From positions 1-34,825 of the forward strand of contig CAZNJA010000005.1 of assembly GCA_964573245.1 (NCBI GenBank): a DNA stretch of 34,825 nt, in the 5' to 3' direction. This document shows positions 1-10,528 of the stretch, piece by piece. Source of the DNA: an uncultured bacterium. Its GTDB lineage: Bacteria; CAIJMQ01. The translations under genes were made by a program, and so were the position numbers. The notes under the pieces are model-generated. The model was not told the origin of the DNA and ran no database searches. It worked only from the letters and a program-made list of their open reading frames with translations. Numbering within the stretch: position 1 is the first letter of the stretch; each line of letters begins with the position of its first letter.

Positions 1-759
1 ACGGAAGCGATGCGGAATGGTGCTTCAGCATATATAAACAAACCATTCAGCAAAGATAAACTGGTAGAAATTATCGAAGAAAAAATCAAAAAAAGAGAAA
101 AAAGCAGGAAGAAGAAGAAAAGATTAGTGGAATTGGAAAATATGAAAAAATCGCTTGATGGAAGAACCAAAGAATTTTACTCGTCTACTGTCAGTTCACT
201 TTTGGCAGCGATACACGCCAAAGACGGATATACTTCCATCCACTCCGAACAGGTCGCCCGTTATGCTATGTTGATACTTGATGCATGTGCTTCCTTTATA
301 AAATTAAAACCCGAAAAAAAGGAGATTTTTCGTTATTTAGTATCGCTTCACGATATTGGGAAAATCGGTATCCCTGAAAGTATATTAGGCAAAAACGGGA
401 GACTAGATTCCGAAGAACTAAAAATTATTCAAAAACATCCCGAAATAGGTGTTTCCATAGTAAATCCGATACTAAATCCGATGAGTTCATGGAAAGATTA
501 TATGTGCGTGATACAGGACCATCACGAAAAATATGATGGCACAGGGTATCCAAAAGGTAAAAAAGGCAATGAGATACCTTTACTTGCTTGTATAATATCC
601 ATTGCCGATGTTTATCATGCTATGCGTTCAGATAGACCTTATCGTAAAGCTTTAAGTAAACAAAAGACTTTGAAAAATCTTAAGTCTGGAAGAGGAACAC
701 ATTTCCATCCGAAGGTTCTTGACATTGCTTTGAAAGTTTTAGAGAATTACGGTGACTGA
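1..759 (+). CDS. Response regulator / HD-GYP c-di-GMP phosphodiesterase (RpfG-like), 5'-truncated by the window edge
   Basis: Frame is open from base 1. Receiver-domain tail (GASAYINKPF) followed by the HD-GYP motifs LHDIGK, HHEKYDGTGYP and DRPYR. Confidence 0.9.
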   Translation, partial: TEAMRNGASAYINKPFSKDKLVEIIEEKIKKREKSRKKKKRLVELENMKKSLDGRTKEFYSSTVSSLLAAIHAKDGYTSIHSEQVARYAMLILDACASFIKLKPEKKEIFRYLVSLHDIGKIGIPESILGKNGRLDSEELKIIQKHPEIGVSIVNPILNPMSSWKDYMCVIQDHHEKYDGTGYPKGKKGNEIPLLACIISIADVYHAMRSDRPYRKALSKQKTLKNLKSGRGTHFHPKVLDIALKVLENYGD

Positions 760-767
760 TTGGATAT

Positions 768-801
768 GATTACACAGATTTCAGACAACGATTACACAGA
801 T
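768..801 (+). repeat. Direct repeat GATTACACAGAT x2
   Basis: Exact 12-mers at 768-779 and 790-801; related GATTAC units occur at 21935-22061. Confidence 0.7.
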
Positions 802-840
802 AGATGTAATAAGTATGTATATATAATAGGAGAAATTAAT

Positions 841-2091
841 ATGATAAAAAAATTGTTAGTGCCTGTCTTTTTTATTTTTTTGTTTTCAAATTGTTATTCT
901 GCGAGTATGCAAGCGCCTTCAATTGGCGCGCGAGCTACAGGAATGGGTGGCGCGTTTGTGTCGGTTGCGGACGACCCTTCTGCTCTTTTTTGGAACCCTG
1001 CGGGGTTGGGCTTGTGCGAGGGCACTATGCTTATGAAAAGTTCTGCTTTTATTGCTCCGTATTCATATTACGAGGCTGATGGAGCAACAGACGACGATAA
1101 AAGCACTACCACTGTTCAGATGATACCCAATCTTTTTTTTACGCATAATTTCAATGATTCTGTGAGTATGGGGTTGGGATACTATGTCCCTTTTGGTTTG
1201 GGACAAAGATGGAAAGATGACGCTACTTTGAATTATAACTCTACTCGTTCCGAAATATCACTAAGTAACCTTCAAGCAGGAGCATCTTTTAGGTTGGCGG
1301 ATGGATTTATAGTCGGAGCGGGTTTGGCAAACGGCTTTGCCAAAATGAATACCAAATCATATTCCATTGTAATTCCTGACGGGGGAACATTTCCCAGCGA
1401 AGCGTATGTGAAAGCTTGGGGGGAAGGAAGCGGAGTTTCCGGCAATATGGGTTTTTTATGGTTGCCTTCCGAGAATTGGACAGTAGGCGGTGTATGGAGA
1501 AGCGAAACAAATATCAAATTTAAAGGGGATGTTGATATTGGTTCCAATGCTTTTTCTACATTCGACAGAGAAATTTCTATGGACTTTATATTTCCTCAAA
1601 CAGCGTGTTTAGGAGGTAGTTATTCGGGTTTTGACAGATGGCTTTTGAGCGGGCAGGTTGACTGGGTAAATTGGTCAAGAATCGATACCATTACCCAAAA
1701 GTTAGACGACCCTGTAACTTTTTTTAGCCCACCTGCTACAGTTATTCCTACAGATGAAATAGAAATTTCCCGCGATTGGAAAGATAGATATATATTCAGA
1801 GTAGGGGCAGAATATGAAGTAACTCCTGAATTTACTTTGAGGGGCGGATATATGTGGGACCCTTCTCCTGTGCCTGCGGAAACATTAGACCCTTTGATGT
1901 TTGATGTGTCAACTAATAGATATTCTTTGGGCGCAAGTTTTCAGGTATGGATAATGCAGATAGATGCAGCATACTCTTATGCTCAAGGCATAAGGACAGA
2001 AGCGGAAGATAGTGATAATTTGCCTCCTACCGATGGCGATTACTGGGGACATTCGCATATGTTCGAAATTTCCACGACTTATGCTTTTTGA
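841..2091 (+). CDS. FadL/OmpP1/TodX family outer-membrane transporter
   Basis: ATG at 841 after AGGAG; signal peptide; motif GARATGMGGAFVSVADDPSALFWNPAGL; C-terminal beta-signal ending in YAF. Confidence 0.9.
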   Translation: MIKKLLVPVFFIFLFSNCYSASMQAPSIGARATGMGGAFVSVADDPSALFWNPAGLGLCEGTMLMKSSAFIAPYSYYEADGATDDDKSTTTVQMIPNLFFTHNFNDSVSMGLGYYVPFGLGQRWKDDATLNYNSTRSEISLSNLQAGASFRLADGFIVGAGLANGFAKMNTKSYSIVIPDGGTFPSEAYVKAWGEGSGVSGNMGFLWLPSENWTVGGVWRSETNIKFKGDVDIGSNAFSTFDREISMDFIFPQTACLGGSYSGFDRWLLSGQVDWVNWSRIDTITQKLDDPVTFFSPPATVIPTDEIEISRDWKDRYIFRVGAEYEVTPEFTLRGGYMWDPSPVPAETLDPLMFDVSTNRYSLGASFQVWIMQIDAAYSYAQGIRTEAEDSDNLPPTDGDYWGHSHMFEISTTYAF

Positions 2092-2121
2092 GGATGGGGA
2101 ACAAAAACAATTATTTGTTGA

Positions 2122-2406
2122 TTAACCGCGCGTGATTATTGTCCACAGAACCGAGGTTGAAATTAAAATAGGAAGGATAAGCCCGAGTCCGCCCAAAATT
2201 ATTCCTGCGATAGCAAGTCCTTTCCCTTTTATTTTATCTGCGCTTCGATTGATTTTTCGTATGCCAATGCCACACAGAACGATACTTGATAGAGGAATAA
2301 TCCCGAAACTTGATAACCCAAGTCCGTAGATTAGTCCGATAATGGATAATATAAAACCGATGATTGCTAATTTACTCCAACGAGAATTGCTATTTTTATT
2401 TTCCAT
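2122..2406 (-). CDS. Small membrane protein, DUF4190-like
   Basis: SKLAIIGFILSI...GKGLAIAGIILG pattern with hydrophobic helices. Confidence 0.8.
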   Translation of the reverse strand: MENKNSNSRWSKLAIIGFILSIIGLIYGLGLSSFGIIPLSSIVLCGIGIRKINRSADKIKGKGLAIAGIILGGLGLILPILISTSVLWTIITRG

Positions 2407-2428
2407 TTTTCTTTTCCCTAAATATCTT

Positions 2429-3622
2429 TCAGGTTATTTTATCCGTGAATTCTTGTATTCTGTGTAACCCTTCTATAATATTTTCCATTGAGGTTGCATA
2501 TGACAATCTGATGAAATTGTCATCTCCAAAAACGTATCCAGGAACAACCGCGGTTTTTGCCTTTGTCAAAAGAAGTTCAGTTAATTCCAAGGAGTTATTA
2601 ATTTTTTTGCCGTCAAAAGTTTTTCCTACGATTTGGGATATGTCCACAAAACAATAAAATGCTCCTTGCGGCTTGGTCGTAGAAATAAGTTTCATTAAAT
2701 TTATTTTCTCTACCATATAATCGCGTCTTTTTTTGAATTCTTCAACCATAAGTTTTAAATCTTCTTGTTGTCCTGTTAGTGCTTCTACGCCGGCAAATTG
2801 GCAGATGGATGTAGGGTTGGAAGTGGAATGGTCTTGCAGATTAGTCATCGCTTGAATAATTTCTTTTTGTCCTGCGGCATAGCCCAACCGCCATCCTGTC
2901 ATTGAATAAGATTTTGAGAAGCCGTTTATTACGATTGTTAATTTTTTGATACCATTTCCTAGAGAAGCGATGCTTATATGTTCCATGTTGTCGTAAATGA
3001 TTTTTTCGTATATTTCGTCAGAGATACAAGAAATATTTTTCTGTATCAAGATTTTACTTAAGTTTAAGAGTTCTTCTTTTGTGTAGACTGCACCTGTGGG
3101 ATTGGATGGAGAATTAAGTATTAATACTTTTGTTTTTGGGGTAATAGCTTTCAGCAATTGTTGTGAGGTAGTTTTAAAATTACTGTCGCGTGTTGTTTTT
3201 ATGAATATGGGTTTTGCGCCGGCGGCTTTGATCATTTCACGATAACTTGTCCAATAAGGAGAAAGGATAATCACTTCGTCTTCCTCGTTACATAACGTAA
3301 GAACAGCGTTGAAAAGGGAATTTTTTGCTCCGCATGAGACAATGATTTCATCGGGCGAATAATCAAGCCCGTTGTCGTTTTTTAGTTTTTGGCAAATGGC
3401 TTCTTTTAATTCTTTTATGCCGGAAGTGGGCGTGTATTTTGTATGTCCGTTATCTATGGCTTTTTTAGCGGCTTGTTTTATGTTTAGCGGCGTGTCAAAG
3501 TCCGGTTCACCGGCTCCGAATCCAATTATATCAATACCTTCCATTTTCATTTTTTTTGCCTTTGCCGTTATAGCTAATGTTGCGGAAGGACTGATTAATT
3601 TTATTTTTTGCGAAATAGGCAT
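2429..3622 (-). CDS. aspC: Class I PLP-dependent aspartate aminotransferase
   Basis: Motifs GEPDF, NSPSNPTG, SDEIYE and NGFSKSYSMTGWRLGY (PLP lysine). Confidence 0.92.
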   Translation of the reverse strand: MPISQKIKLISPSATLAITAKAKKMKMEGIDIIGFGAGEPDFDTPLNIKQAAKKAIDNGHTKYTPTSGIKELKEAICQKLKNDNGLDYSPDEIIVSCGAKNSLFNAVLTLCNEEDEVIILSPYWTSYREMIKAAGAKPIFIKTTRDSNFKTTSQQLLKAITPKTKVLILNSPSNPTGAVYTKEELLNLSKILIQKNISCISDEIYEKIIYDNMEHISIASLGNGIKKLTIVINGFSKSYSMTGWRLGYAAGQKEIIQAMTNLQDHSTSNPTSICQFAGVEALTGQQEDLKLMVEEFKKRRDYMVEKINLMKLISTTKPQGAFYCFVDISQIVGKTFDGKKINNSLELTELLLTKAKTAVVPGYVFGDDNFIRLSYATSMENIIEGLHRIQEFTDKIT

Positions 3623-3645
3623 GAATTATCGTTTTATAGAATGGT

Positions 3646-4146
3646 TTACTTTTTAACCAACTTTATATTTTTTTCTTCTACTTTTTTAGCAATATTTTTC
3701 TTATGTTTTTTTACTTTCTCTCGTATTTGCGGATATTTTATGCCAAGCATTTGCATTGCCAGTATTGCGGAATTTTTTGCTCCTGCTTTTCCTGTGGCAA
3801 CCGTAGCAACCGGGACTCCCGAAGGCATCTGAACGATGGAAAGTAAAGAATCCAAACCTCCGGAAACAGAAGTCGGCATAGGAACTCCTATTATGGGAAG
3901 AGATGTCCATGCTGCCATTACACCTGCAAGATGTGCGGCTCCTCCTGCAGCGGTAATGATTACTTCCAATCCTCTTTTTTCGGCGTTTGTGGCGTATTCA
4001 TAAGCTTTTTTAGGGGTGCGATGTACAGATATTATATTTAATTCATATCCTATACCAAACTCTTCCAAGGTTTTTGTTGCCTCTTTCATTATTTCCATAT
4101 CTGAATCGCTTCCTATAACAATGCCTATAAGGATTTTTTTATCCAT
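3646..4146 (-). CDS. purE: N5-CAIR mutase
   Basis: Motifs GSDSD, SVHRTP, AGGAAHLAG and GLDSLLSIVQMPSGVPVATV. Confidence 0.96.
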   Translation of the reverse strand: MDKKILIGIVIGSDSDMEIMKEATKTLEEFGIGYELNIISVHRTPKKAYEYATNAEKRGLEVIITAAGGAAHLAGVMAAWTSLPIIGVPMPTSVSGGLDSLLSIVQMPSGVPVATVATGKAGAKNSAILAMQMLGIKYPQIREKVKKHKKNIAKKVEEKNIKLVKK

Positions 4147-5476
4147 TTTTGCCGACCTCCTCTGTCAATTTCTGATATCCATAATACGCTATTAAATTAT
4201 CTAACAATATCATTGCCGTATAATTCTCTGCTACAGGCCACGCTCTTCCCACAATAGTTGGGTCGCGTCTTGTTATGGCGGCAAGTTCTTTGTTTTGGAG
4301 AGTATACTTGTCAATTGTGTGTTGTTTCTTATTAATTGTGGACGTCGGTTTTAGTGCCAAATTGATGATTATTGGTTGTCCCGTTGTAAGTCCGCCTGTT
4401 ATTCCACCTGCGTTATTAGAATCAAAAACGACTTTTCCTTTTTCGGAATGCATTTGGTCGTTGTTTTCAGAGCCGGTCATATCTTTGACTTTAAAACCTG
4501 CACCGATTTCTATGCCCTTAACAGCTCCGATCCCAAGCATTTTCCCCAATTCTGCGTCAAGTTTATCAAATACAGGTTCGCCTAATCCTATTGGAGAGCC
4601 GAGGACTACTACCTTGACGATTCCACCAGCTGAGTCGCCTTTTGATGATATTTTGTTGCATGCGTTAATCATTTCTTTAGCCGCTTTGATATCTGGGCAG
4701 TTTAAAATGTGATGCACATTGTATTTATCTATAATTTCTTGTGGATTTGGGCTGGGCGTTTTGCCGCGTATTGCTTCTATTTCTTTTTCAATTTCTGCGA
4801 AGACTCTAATTTTTTCAAGAAATCGCATGTTCATATTAAGCCGTTTTTTTACGTAAATTTCCTGATAGAAGGAATCGCAATCATGGCGCATTTGTTTGTA
4901 AGATTCGGTGTATTTTAGCGCTTTTAAGTGGTCTATTTCGGGACACTTAACCGAAGCAAGTTCTTTTACATAAGAAAAAACATCGATCCCGCATTTCTTA
5001 AGGATTTTTTTGGCTATATATCCGGCTGCTACAATAGTAGAAGTGTATCTTCCACTAAATATTCCTGCCCCAATTGCGTCATCGTTTGGTCCGTATTTGG
5101 TAAACGAAGCGTATGACGCATGCCCGGGTCTGGGTGTTCTATTTGTATCCTGATATTGTTTTATATGAATAAAATGCCGGTCGAGATTTGGAATAAGAAT
5201 GGATAAAGGTGTTCCATTAGTTTTGTTTTTATTGCCGGCGTTTTCGATTGTGTCTGCTGCGTTTAACCCTGTATAAATAATCGGCAGGTCTGGCTCTTTT
5301 CTGGGAGAAGAAAGTTCATCAGCTCCGGGTTTACGAAGAAGCAAATCCCCGTAAATTTCCCGCTCAGTAAAACTCATACCTGGCGGAACTCCCTGGATAA
5401 TTGTGTTCAATCCGTCTTGATACGAACCTCCTGCTACGGTTACTTGGAATAATTTTCCAAAATGACATCCGAACAT
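4139..5476 (-). CDS. aroC: Chorismate synthase, divergent and long
   Basis: PRPGHA, GLGEPVFDKLDA, AVKGIEIGAGF, SNNAGGITGGLTTGQPI and KPTST; several signature residues altered (see findings). Confidence 0.85.
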   Translation of the reverse strand: MFGCHFGKLFQVTVAGGSYQDGLNTIIQGVPPGMSFTEREIYGDLLLRKPGADELSSPRKEPDLPIIYTGLNAADTIENAGNKNKTNGTPLSILIPNLDRHFIHIKQYQDTNRTPRPGHASYASFTKYGPNDDAIGAGIFSGRYTSTIVAAGYIAKKILKKCGIDVFSYVKELASVKCPEIDHLKALKYTESYKQMRHDCDSFYQEIYVKKRLNMNMRFLEKIRVFAEIEKEIEAIRGKTPSPNPQEIIDKYNVHHILNCPDIKAAKEMINACNKISSKGDSAGGIVKVVVLGSPIGLGEPVFDKLDAELGKMLGIGAVKGIEIGAGFKVKDMTGSENNDQMHSEKGKVVFDSNNAGGITGGLTTGQPIIINLALKPTSTINKKQHTIDKYTLQNKELAAITRRDPTIVGRAWPVAENYTAMILLDNLIAYYGYQKLTEEVGKNG

Positions 5477-5612
5477 CTTCCCTCCTTATTTTAAAGAATA
5501 TTATTATAATGTCCGTTAAATATCAACTTTGTCAGTGATTGCGTCGTGTATTATTAAAACGATTATACAAGCAAAAAGGGCTATATTTTAAAAAGTGTCC
5601 AAAATCGCATTT

Positions 5613-6086
5613 TTATCTTTTTATCTTTATTATTTTGTACTTTAAAACTCCCGCAGGTATTTTGATTTCGACTGTTTCGTTTTCTTTATGCCCCAACAAA
5701 CCTTGCCCGATAGGAGAAGCAGTGGAAATTTTGCCTTGGTCGTAATCTGCTTCTATTTCTGAGACAAGGGTATATTCTGTTCCTTCACCTGATTTTAAAT
5801 TTTTTAGTTTTACCGTTGAGCCGATAGAAACCTTGTTCTTGGGGATATTCGTTTCCTCTTCGAGGATTTTTACTTTTAGCATTTTTTCTTCCAATTCGGC
5901 GATTTTTATTTCATTCAGCGCCTGATCGTTTTTAGCCGCGTCATATTCCGAGTTTTCTCTTAAATCCCCCAGAGAACGGGCATAGTGTAATGCGTCTGCG
6001 ATTGCTTTTCGCTTGACGGTTTTTAATTGTTTCAGTTGCTCTTTTAGTTTTTCGTGCCCTTGCCTGGTTATATAGATATATTGCAT
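5613..6086 (-). CDS. greA: Transcription elongation factor GreA
   Basis: ARSLGDLRENSEYDAAK and ISTASPIGQGLLG. The ATG at 6086 gives the typical ~157 aa length. Confidence 0.95.
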   Translation of the reverse strand: MQYIYITRQGHEKLKEQLKQLKTVKRKAIADALHYARSLGDLRENSEYDAAKNDQALNEIKIAELEEKMLKVKILEEETNIPKNKVSIGSTVKLKNLKSGEGTEYTLVSEIEADYDQGKISTASPIGQGLLGHKENETVEIKIPAGVLKYKIIKIKR

Positions 6087-6151
6087 ATCATTCTCTTTCT
6101 GAAAATTTCCCAACAGCCATTTTTATAAATAAGTTCTAAGAAAATTTTTTG

Positions 6152-7042
6152 CTAAATATTTTCTTCGGCAATCATCTTAAGAGCTTGCATATATTTTTGA
6201 GTTGTTTTTTTGACTATATCTTGGGGCAACTGTGGCGCAGGGGGTGTTTTGTTCCATCTTGTTGATTCTAAGTAATCCCGAACAAATTGTTTGTCGAAGC
6301 TGGATTGCGGCTTGCCTGGTTCGTATTCGTTTTTTGACCAGAATCTGGAAGAGTCAGGAGTAAGAATTTCGTCTATGAGAATAAGTTCATTCTCATGGAG
6401 CCCGAATTCAAATTTTGTGTCGGCAATTATTATGCCTTTTGATTGAGCGTGTTCGGAAGCTTTTTTATACAATGTTATACTTATGTTTCTTAATTCGGTT
6501 GATATGTCCTTCCCGAATTTTTTCTGAATATATTCTTGGGTCACATTTATATCATGCCCAACTTCTTCTTTTGTTGATGGAGTAAAAATTGGCTGTGGCA
6601 GTTTATCCGATTCTTTTAAACCTTCGGGTAGTCTTATTCCGCATACAGATTTGGTTTTTTGGTATTCTTTCCAACCTGAACCAGACAGATAACCTCTGAC
6701 TACACATTCGACTGGTATGGGTTTGGTTTTTTTTACCAGCATGGAACGTTCCTTTAAAATTTCTTTATGTTTTTGTAATTGTTGCGGAAATTCGTCGGCA
6801 TTATCGGTGATTAAATGGTTTGGTATGATATCTTCAGTAAATTTAAACCAAAATGATGAAAGTTTAGTTAGCACTTTTCCTTTATTGGGAATACAGGTTG
6901 GAATAATCACATCAAAGCAGGATATTCTATCAGTGGAAACGATTAATAGTTTATCCTTTAAATCATAAACATCCCGTACTTTGCCTCTTTTAAAAAGGTT
7001 TATATCTGAAAAATTTGTTGAATCTATTAATTCATTCTGCAT
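6152..7042 (-). CDS. purC: SAICAR synthase
   Basis: Motifs [47 protein letters not shown] and [10 protein letters not shown]. Confidence 0.96.
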   Translation of the reverse strand: MQNELIDSTNFSDINLFKRGKVRDVYDLKDKLLIVSTDRISCFDVIIPTCIPNKGKVLTKLSSFWFKFTEDIIPNHLITDNADEFPQQLQKHKEILKERSMLVKKTKPIPVECVVRGYLSGSGWKEYQKTKSVCGIRLPEGLKESDKLPQPIFTPSTKEEVGHDINVTQEYIQKKFGKDISTELRNISITLYKKASEHAQSKGIIIADTKFEFGLHENELILIDEILTPDSSRFWSKNEYEPGKPQSSFDKQFVRDYLESTRWNKTPPAPQLPQDIVKKTTQKYMQALKMIAEENI

Positions 7043-7052
7043 ATTAATTTGT

Positions 7053-8942
7053 CTATTTTATCGTTTCTAGATTTAGCGGACTAACGTGTTCTCCAAATTT
7101 TTCTTTAATGTTGAGCAACCGCTTTTTTTGTTCCCCAAGAACTTTAAAAAGTTCTGAAGGCACATCGTTTACATTTTGGCGGTAAAATTTTTCTACACGT
7201 TCTAATTTGGTGAGATTTTCAGGAACACGGATAGTAAACTGTTCAAGGTAATCTTCTTTTGAATAATTTTTATTCAAAACTTTTTGAAAAAGGGTTTTTA
7301 AATCTTCATATTTTGGAATCCAACCGGTTGGAGAATTTATTACTTCTACATCATTGTGCGCGCGCAGTTCCATCCATTTTATCCATACATGTTTATCACG
7401 CACACCATTTAAAAACTTGCCGTCTTTGTCCCTAAGGAAGTAATTGACACCGAATATAAGGGGTGCTTTTTTAACTTTTTTGCCAAACTCTAAATTATTG
7501 CGAACGTATTTCCCCAAAGAAATGGAGATAAAATCCTGTATGCTCATCACGTTTATCTCTGATATCCCCTCCTTTCCAATAACAGCAAAAGTTGTTTCGG
7601 TTTCCAGAGAAGCGCCATAAGCTATAATTCCGTGTTCCCAGCTAAAACTCTGCTGAACAGGCACGTAACCGTTAGCATCCCTTCCGCCATACATTATGCC
7701 TGCCAAGTTTACGCCTAAAGGATTGTTCAGTTCAGGATCAACATTCTCAAGCGCTTTTAGTGCTACAGTATAACGAGCATTTTTATGAGCCGGCGGTATT
7801 TTATTACCTTCGTTGTTGGTCTTGTTTTCGTGCCATATGCCGGAAAAATTTATTCCGTCTTTGGGGAGTTCACAGTCCATGCCTAACCAGTAAGGTTTGC
7901 CGTCTTTTACTAATGTGTTGGTGAAAATTACTTCTCCCGGCATGGTAAGCACTTTATAAATTACAGGGTCGTCATTGGCACTGACATTTTGGATAATGCC
8001 GAATATTCCCGATTCGGCATTAACCGCTCTGATTTTTCCGTCGATATTACGGAAATAAGCGATGTCATCACCCAAAATCTTTTCATTCGGTAACATTGCA
8101 GTGGATGTTTTGCCACAGGCGCTCGGAAAAGCTCCTGCGAAGTAGGTCTTGCGGCTATTTGGTCCATGTACTCCCATTAGAAGCATATGTTCAGCAAGCC
8201 ATCCCTCTTGGTTGGCTTTTCGAATGGTAAGCCGAAGTGCGGGTTTTTTCAATCCTATAGTATTGCCCGCATACTGGGTGTTTACGCTATAAATGGTATC
8301 TTGCAGATAATCAATATAAATGCGTTTTTTATCAGATTCTGCGCTTACCATATGTTTATTTAATTTTCCTGCAGAGTGTAAAAAATAGAAAATTTCGGAT
8401 TGCAGCGTTTGCTTCTCGAACATTACATAGGCTGAACGGTAAAGTAGGTCTTCGCTATGAGCCACATACCATGAGTCTGTGCATTGCAGACATGGAATGC
8501 TGAAAATTGAATCGGTTGGACCTAAGCAAAGGAAACGAACAATCATAGTGTGATTTTTCATCGCACCGTTTAATAAATTATTAATCTCCGATAGACCTTC
8601 TTCGCGCTCAATTTGATTGAGCGTTTTACTTAAAGCATCGTTTTTGGGGACAAGATACTTGGTCACTTTCCTGTCACGGCCTTGGTCTTCTATTCCGTCG
8701 AAATGACAGGTGTGACCTGGTATTGATAGTCGCTTTTCTTCTCCAGTTGCTATGGCTTGCTGGCGTACATAGGAAATATCTTCGCCAGAATCGCTGCAAA
8801 TAAATATCTTGTCAGGATTGCATAACTGCGCAGACTCATATATGAACTTATGGACATTAGGATTGGCTATCTTGCGCAGTTTTTCGTAATTTTTTTCATC
8901 AAGGTTGGATTTCAATATTTCCAAATAATTTTTCGCATCCAT
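7053..8942 (-). CDS. pckG: Phosphoenolpyruvate carboxykinase (GTP)
   Basis: Motifs [44 protein letters not shown] and HKNARY. Confidence 0.93.
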   Translation of the reverse strand: MDAKNYLEILKSNLDEKNYEKLRKIANPNVHKFIYESAQLCNPDKIFICSDSGEDISYVRQQAIATGEEKRLSIPGHTCHFDGIEDQGRDRKVTKYLVPKNDALSKTLNQIEREEGLSEINNLLNGAMKNHTMIVRFLCLGPTDSIFSIPCLQCTDSWYVAHSEDLLYRSAYVMFEKQTLQSEIFYFLHSAGKLNKHMVSAESDKKRIYIDYLQDTIYSVNTQYAGNTIGLKKPALRLTIRKANQEGWLAEHMLLMGVHGPNSRKTYFAGAFPSACGKTSTAMLPNEKILGDDIAYFRNIDGKIRAVNAESGIFGIIQNVSANDDPVIYKVLTMPGEVIFTNTLVKDGKPYWLGMDCELPKDGINFSGIWHENKTNNEGNKIPPAHKNARYTVALKALENVDPELNNPLGVNLAGIMYGGRDANGYVPVQQSFSWEHGIIAYGASLETETTFAVIGKEGISEINVMSIQDFISISLGKYVRNNLEFGKKVKKAPLIFGVNYFLRDKDGKFLNGVRDKHVWIKWMELRAHNDVEVINSPTGWIPKYEDLKTLFQKVLNKNYSKEDYLEQFTIRVPENLTKLERVEKFYRQNVNDVPSELFKVLGEQKKRLLNIKEKFGEHVSPLNLETIK

Positions 8943-8977
8943 ATTTAGTCTTTCTTTTAAAAAGTTAACATCTTATA

Positions 8978-9046
8978 TCAAAAACAAAAAAAGCCAACAA
9001 CGTCTTCTGTCTTAGCGAAGATACCCGAAGGGTTTTATGTTGGCTT
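8978..9046 (-). terminator. Putative intrinsic terminator in the pckG leader
   Basis: Minus strand: AAGCCAACA...TGTTGGCTT stem (8991-8999 / 9038-9046) followed by a T-run. The loop contains a cUUCGg hairpin. Confidence 0.65.
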
Positions 9047-9107
9047 ACTCTGCAACTAATTATAATCTTTGCTCCAGTCTGCCACTACCTAGCATTAACC
9101 AACGCAT

Positions 9108-9135
9108 ATTATAACAAAATAATATGAGCGGTCAA
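9108..9135 (-). promoter_or_regulatory. Sigma70-type promoter for the pckG leader
   Basis: TTGACC-N16-TATAAT with extended -10 (TGnTATAAT) on the minus strand. Confidence 0.6.
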
Positions 9136-9209
9136 CCCCATTAGAAATTAAATAAATTGTTAATTGAGTGTTATATACTATTGCGTCTTGGTCAAAAAGT
9201 TACTTGGGA

Positions 9210-10499
9210 TTATTCACTTTCGGGTATTGAGTGAATATCTCCGCCGATTTTTTTAATGCAGTCCGAAAAATTTGGAAAAGTTATAGCTACTGCTTCTGCA
9301 GTGTCAATAGTTGTTTCTCCTTCAATTGCAGTGCCTGCTACAGTTAAAGCCATTACTATTCTATGGTCAAAATGTCCATTTACTTTACAAGGATTAAGTT
9401 GGCTTTCTTCTATTTCCAACCCATCCTCAAGTTCGCGGATTTTCGCGCCCATTTTTGTTAATTCTTGAATGATTATTTTTATCCTGTCGGTTTCTTTAAT
9501 GCGGGCTTGAGGAACATTTAGCAATCTGGTTTTTCCTTTAGCAAAACATCCTACTACTGCCATCATCGGAAGTGCATCAGGTGTAGCATTCATGTCTATG
9601 TCTATCCCTTTTAAAAGTGCGGCTTTTACGCGGATGAAATTTTTGTTTATGTTTATGTCTGCTCCCATGTTTTTGAGGTAATTGACTACAGCTTTATCTC
9701 CTTGTTTATCTTCGAAGTCCAGACCATAACAAGTTATTTCGTTGTTTGCTAAAGCGCCTGCTGCAAGAAAAAATGTTGCCGATGAAAAATCCGAGGGGAT
9801 TTTTCTTTCAAAAGCAGAATAGGATTGTTTGCCATATATTTTGAACCTTTTCATGTTTTTGTTTTCAAATTTAATTCGCCCGTTTTTTAGCCATTCCAAT
9901 GTCATTTCCACATATGGTTTTTCATATAATAGGAGCACATCTATTAAACTTGTCTCATCAGCCAAAGGTGTGTTTATTAAAAGACTTGTCAAGTATTGGC
10001 TCGAAAGAGCTTTAAGAGTTGTTTTTCCGCCTTTTAATTTTCCTTTTATGAGGAATGGGGGATATCCCTGCTTTTCGGTAGATGATATGGACGCGCCAAG
10101 GTCGTTGAGTGATTGCATAAGAGCTGCAGCAGGTCGTTTTTTTATTTGTTCGTCTCCGGTAAGAAGTATTTCTCCATTTTGGCTCAAAGCACAGGAACCC
10201 ATAACAATATTTAGAGTTGTTCCCGAATTTTTTACATCAATGTGGTTTTTGGTGAGGATAGGCTTACCTGCGAACCCATCGATTGTCCATGGGTCTTTTC
10301 CGATTTCTATTTTTGCACCTAGCGCTTTGTACGATTCGACAGCTGCAAGAGTGTCTTCGGAAACAAGCGGAGAAAAAATTTTGCTTTTGCCTTTTGCTAA
10401 ACTTGCGATGGCAACCGCTCTTATAGTATGCGATTTGGATGCTGGAATTTCCACTTCACCGGATAACCTGGATTTTTTAACGATAAAAGATTTGTTCAT
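9210..10499 (-). CDS. aroA: EPSP synthase
   Basis: Motifs PASKSHTIRA, NSGTT, SSQYLTSLL, DFSSATFF, ARIKETDRI and DHRIVMA. Confidence 0.96.
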   Translation of the reverse strand: MNKSFIVKKSRLSGEVEIPASKSHTIRAVAIASLAKGKSKIFSPLVSEDTLAAVESYKALGAKIEIGKDPWTIDGFAGKPILTKNHIDVKNSGTTLNIVMGSCALSQNGEILLTGDEQIKKRPAAALMQSLNDLGASISSTEKQGYPPFLIKGKLKGGKTTLKALSSQYLTSLLINTPLADETSLIDVLLLYEKPYVEMTLEWLKNGRIKFENKNMKRFKIYGKQSYSAFERKIPSDFSSATFFLAAGALANNEITCYGLDFEDKQGDKAVVNYLKNMGADININKNFIRVKAALLKGIDIDMNATPDALPMMAVVGCFAKGKTRLLNVPQARIKETDRIKIIIQELTKMGAKIRELEDGLEIEESQLNPCKVNGHFDHRIVMALTVAGTAIEGETTIDTAEAVAITFPNFSDCIKKIGGDIHSIPESE

Positions 10500-10528
10500 A
10501 TCTCTGTTACTAATTTTGAATTTGCAAA

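Noticed and set aside
760-840. ORF-track N-terminal extension of the FadL-like gene
   Set aside because: It runs through the GATTAC repeat. The RBS and signal peptide point to the ATG at 841.
4710-4920. aroC insertion as another palindromic element or an intein
   Set aside because: No terminal inverted repeat of the local families and no intein splice motifs are visible.
9134-9149. AACCCCATTAGAAATT as a full element
   Set aside because: It resembles one end of the CCCGTTAGA family, but no partner end is visible; at most a remnant.
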